Below, piece after piece: positions 58,926-61,619 of a stretch of 61,619 nucleotides of DNA (positions are counted from its first letter, which is position 1; the number at the start of each line of letters is the position of its first letter). A program made the position numbers and the translations under genes. This DNA comes from a virus (taxonomy: Duplodnaviria; Caudoviricetes), in the IMG/VR virus record IMGVR_UViG_3300007541_006356, positions 1 to 61,619 of that record; one strand, given 5' to 3'. The notes beneath the pieces are model-generated. The model saw only the letters and a program-made list of their open reading frames with translations, was not told where the DNA came from and did not search any database.

Positions 58926-59831
58926 GACTATTAACCAACAATTTAAAGGATCATAGAATCTTAATTCCACTGAACTCTCTGGGGTTAACCTCAGAGAGTT
59001 CCAATTATTATCTATAAGACCAACGTCTGGTAATATCCTACAATCTGAAAGTGATTTAAGTGTGTATTTTTTAGAAACTTCACGATTCAAAACATAATCC
59101 CCATTTTCAGTTAACACAACAAACTCCTCATCGTCTTTTTTGGTACCATAAATTTTAAGATACTCAATCAACATTATGGATAGTTTTTTATATTTTACTG
59201 AGTCAGGTGACCCACCCTCATAGTTAACTAAGTCTACCAACCCTAAGTTGTGTACATCTTCAGCTATATACCCCCAGTCGTCAGTATGATTAGATTTCCA
59301 TTTGAAACTTTTAGGTGTCAAACTTAGGAGTTTGTTTAAGTTTTGGAATGAAACATCTTTGATACCGTATTTGTACCTTATTGATGACGTATCTTTTACC
59401 ACGTTCCCTAAACTATCAATACCCAAATCTGTCGCAGCGGCTGAAATTAGGTTTGACGTATTAATCTGTAAACAACTCGCGGTTATGGATATAGTAGCTG
59501 CGGTAGTGTCAACAGGAATTAAAGGTGGTTGTGAAATCGCTACAACAGTATTACCAGTAGTTTTACCCGAAAACGCTGTAACAGAAACCCCATATGTAGA
59601 TATTCTACCATCAGAATAAAAATTTGATACACCATCATTGTCTGACGCGTATTGTACTATAAATGTATATCCAGAATTACCACTATATGAAGGATCACTA
59701 CCATCGGTAACATATTGTGGTAAACCAACCCAAAATAATCCTTCAATGTTTGTGTTACCCGAAAATGTCGCAGTATCACCCGAAGGTTGTATTAACTGTC
59801 TACTATAATCAATTCTTGTTGAAAATGCCAT
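58899..59831 (-). CDS. Tail-fibre-like protein with peptidase S74 intramolecular chaperone domain
   Basis: TSSIRYKYGIKD, LTPKSFKWK, WGYIAEDV, VKYKKLSIMLIE. Confidence 0.8.
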   Translation of the reverse strand: MAFSTRIDYSRQLIQPSGDTATFSGNTNIEGLFWVGLPQYVTDGSDPSYSGNSGYTFIVQYASDNDGVSNFYSDGRISTYGVSVTAFSGKTTGNTVVAISQPPLIPVDTTAATISITASCLQINTSNLISAAATDLGIDSLGNVVKDTSSIRYKYGIKDVSFQNLNKLLSLTPKSFKWKSNHTDDWGYIAEDVHNLGLVDLVNYEGGSPDSVKYKKLSIMLIEYLKIYGTKKDDEEFVVLTENGDYVLNREVSKKYTLKSLSDCRILPDVGLIDNNWNSLRLTPESSVELRFYDPLNCWLIVSSDGIKNT

Positions 59832-59832
59832 A

Positions 59833-60963
59833 TTAAATTACATATAAACTACCAGGATTCATTGGTCTATAACCCAAAGCTTTATTTAAGTTTTCAGCTT
59901 CCAAAGCTTTTCTTTCTAACATTTTATCATTTCTAAGTCGTTCTAACCTTAATGTTAACTCCTCTATTAGTTTAGAGTACTCGTCTTTAGCTTCAGTCAA
60001 TAGAGAATCATACTCAAGTTGTAATTCAGCGTCTGGTGTTTTTAAATTACCACTAAACTTACCTCTCACTCTACCTAACATTTCTTTACACTTCGCGAAG
60101 AAATATCTCCTAACCCAAGATTGTGCGGGAGGATTTAATTGGTCAAAATTAATTTCATCCAACCTAACATCACTAGGTAGTAACACAATATCTTTGTTTT
60201 GAGCTAAACATTCATTTCTGTTTTCGGGTCCTACATCATAATACCAATAATAAACCCTATGTTGATTCGTTCTGATATTACCAAAATCAAATCTACCACC
60301 AGGTACGTTATACAAGTGTAGGTATTTAGGACCATTAACACCACCTGCACCAGCGGTTATCCTGTATGTCATGTCACCACCTATTATTCTGTTCTTTAGG
60401 TTTCTATCTTGCATTCTAAGTAAAATGTCAAAAGCGGGCATCATGTAGTAAGATCCTTGTATCCCCATTTGAGCAAATCCACCTGGACCTCCAACACCAA
60501 AACCACCAAAACCACCAAAAGCACCTAAAAATGGATCAATAAAAGATTCATTTAATTCCGCTCTAGTATACCAAAGAATTTCGTTTATTTCACGACCAGC
60601 TGGGATTTGATATATTTGTGTGTTAGCGGATAATGTTACATAGTCTTGTTTTAGTTGGTAAGGACCTCCCGCTTGGAGTCCCACGATTTTTGAATACGCG
60701 TAAGTAAATGACGTTTCGAATGATAAATCTCTTGTCATAAAAGCGTTTGTGAGTGATATAACATCTTGATCTTGACCGTACACTGAAGACCATTGATTTT
60801 CAATTAACCAATCTTGGATGTATTGTCCGTAATCCTGTACCGCAATCTCTAACGCGGTATCTAACATCTCGTCTTCCAATTCGACACTTCTTATTGGTGC
60901 ACCCAACAAGTGTTTTACCTGTGTAAATAATTTATCTCTTTTTTCTGGTTGAATAATAGACAT
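59833..60963 (-). CDS. Neck/head-completion protein (T4 gp13-like)
   Basis: LLGAPIRSVELEDEML..ALE.A, WVRRYFFAKCKEMLGRVRGKF, LLTEAKDE..KL.EEL. Confidence 0.8.
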   Translation of the reverse strand: MSIIQPEKRDKLFTQVKHLLGAPIRSVELEDEMLDTALEIAVQDYGQYIQDWLIENQWSSVYGQDQDVISLTNAFMTRDLSFETSFTYAYSKIVGLQAGGPYQLKQDYVTLSANTQIYQIPAGREINEILWYTRAELNESFIDPFLGAFGGFGGFGVGGPGGFAQMGIQGSYYMMPAFDILLRMQDRNLKNRIIGGDMTYRITAGAGGVNGPKYLHLYNVPGGRFDFGNIRTNQHRVYYWYYDVGPENRNECLAQNKDIVLLPSDVRLDEINFDQLNPPAQSWVRRYFFAKCKEMLGRVRGKFSGNLKTPDAELQLEYDSLLTEAKDEYSKLIEELTLRLERLRNDKMLERKALEAENLNKALGYRPMNPGSLYVI

Positions 60964-60996
60964 AACTTTTTTATATAAATACCTATTATATCAAAT

Positions 60997-61023
60997 AAAA
61001 AAGTGGTCAAATTTGACCACTTT
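60997..61023 (-). terminator. Intrinsic terminator for the 61047-61439 gene
   Basis: Minus strand AAAGTGGTCA-AATT-TGACCACTTTTTT. Confidence 0.8.
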
Positions 61024-61046
61024 AATTTTTATGTTTAAAAATTTTG

Positions 61047-61439
61047 TTATTTGATAAAATTAACCACGGTTAAATCATCGTCATCTTCTTTTATTTTTCT
61101 TCTAACTATTCTTCTAATGTCAGATTCTTTTAATCCCAAACCTTTAAATGTACCGTACCCTTCAGATTTTTCATTTTTTCTTATGACTTCATCTTCCTCT
61201 TCGGTTTCAACTTCAGACAACTCCTCATCTTCCATTTCTTCAATTTGGTCAGACAACTCCCTCATCGTCGTTTTATATTTTTTAAGGTCACTGTTCTTTT
61301 TACCTAATTCTTTTAATTCTTTTCTAACTTTTTTTAGTTTTTCGTAAGCGTCCTTAAGTTCTTTTTTAGGATCTTCACCTTCTGAAATAATTTTATTTAC
61401 GATAGATTTTAATTTTTTCTCAAGTAATATGTTTTTCAT
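61047..61439 (-). CDS. Charged hypothetical protein with L.E..L..IV..II.E motifs
   Basis: MKNILLEKKLKSIVNKIISE and LKESDIRRIVRRKIKE; late motif upstream. Confidence 0.7.
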   Translation of the reverse strand: MKNILLEKKLKSIVNKIISEGEDPKKELKDAYEKLKKVRKELKELGKKNSDLKKYKTTMRELSDQIEEMEDEELSEVETEEEDEVIRKNEKSEGYGTFKGLGLKESDIRRIVRRKIKEDDDDLTVVNFIK

Positions 61440-61473
61440 GGTTAAAACTTTTTATATAAATATCACATAAAAC

Positions 61474-61503
61474 AAAAAACCCCTCTATAGGGGAGGGGTT
61501 TTT
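61474..61503 (-). terminator. Intrinsic terminator (bidirectional geometry)
   Basis: AAAAAACCCCTC-TATAGGG-GAGGGGTTTTT. Confidence 0.8.
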
Positions 61504-61521
61504 AAATATCATTTAAAATTA

Positions 61522-61619
61522 TTAATCTGTATGTTCATTCAAAAATGAAATAAAGTTAGAAATACAATCAGATGCATAATCTTCCAAATCAAAAAAATCC
61601 TCATCAGACATTTCATCGT
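61522..61619 (-). CDS. 3' end of a gene entering from beyond the window
   Basis: Minus-strand frame reads ...DEMSDEDFFDLEDYASDCISNFISFLNEHTD* and is followed by a terminator. Confidence 0.55.
   Translation of the reverse strand, partial: DEMSDEDFFDLEDYASDCISNFISFLNEHTD

Noticed and set aside
118-61347. Numerous antisense or nested ORFs in the track (e.g. 118-702, 3306-3863, 9187-9651, 11184-11687, 23865-24314)
   Set aside because: Ser/Phe/Leu-rich shadows of genuine opposite-strand genes, with no motifs or start context.
1-61619. Stop-codon reassignment as seen in some large phages
   Set aside because: Core genes are full length under the standard code, and both TAG and TGA end genes at sensible positions.

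Overview
AT-rich, densely coding segment of a large T4-like tailed-phage (jumbo/huge phage) genome using the standard genetic code. It holds a gp17/gp20/gp21/gp22/gp23-like head module (12.5-22.0 kb), a gp55-like late sigma factor, gp5-like and gp13-like structural genes, a family-B DNA polymerase, a divergent clpC/dnaK pair, dcd, dut, phoH and an ~18.7 kb glycan-biosynthesis region (Gmd, ColD-like, Fcl/ColC, RmlB, GT2/GT4/GT10/GT11, carbamoyltransferase). A Bacteroidota host is inferred from DUF4494/DUF6576-like motifs and A-rich, SD-less starts. The most unusual element is at 55846-56043: a cas-less mini-array of three 36-nt repeats with 30-nt spacers. On the minus strand the repeats resemble type VI-B (Cas13b) direct repeats. 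One spacer has the exact architecture of a tRNA-Arg(ACG) anticodon arm, so its guide would be antisense to a tRNA. On the plus strand the array is the in-frame 3' end of a small protein gene. All family assignments come from motif recognition by eye; no searches were run.
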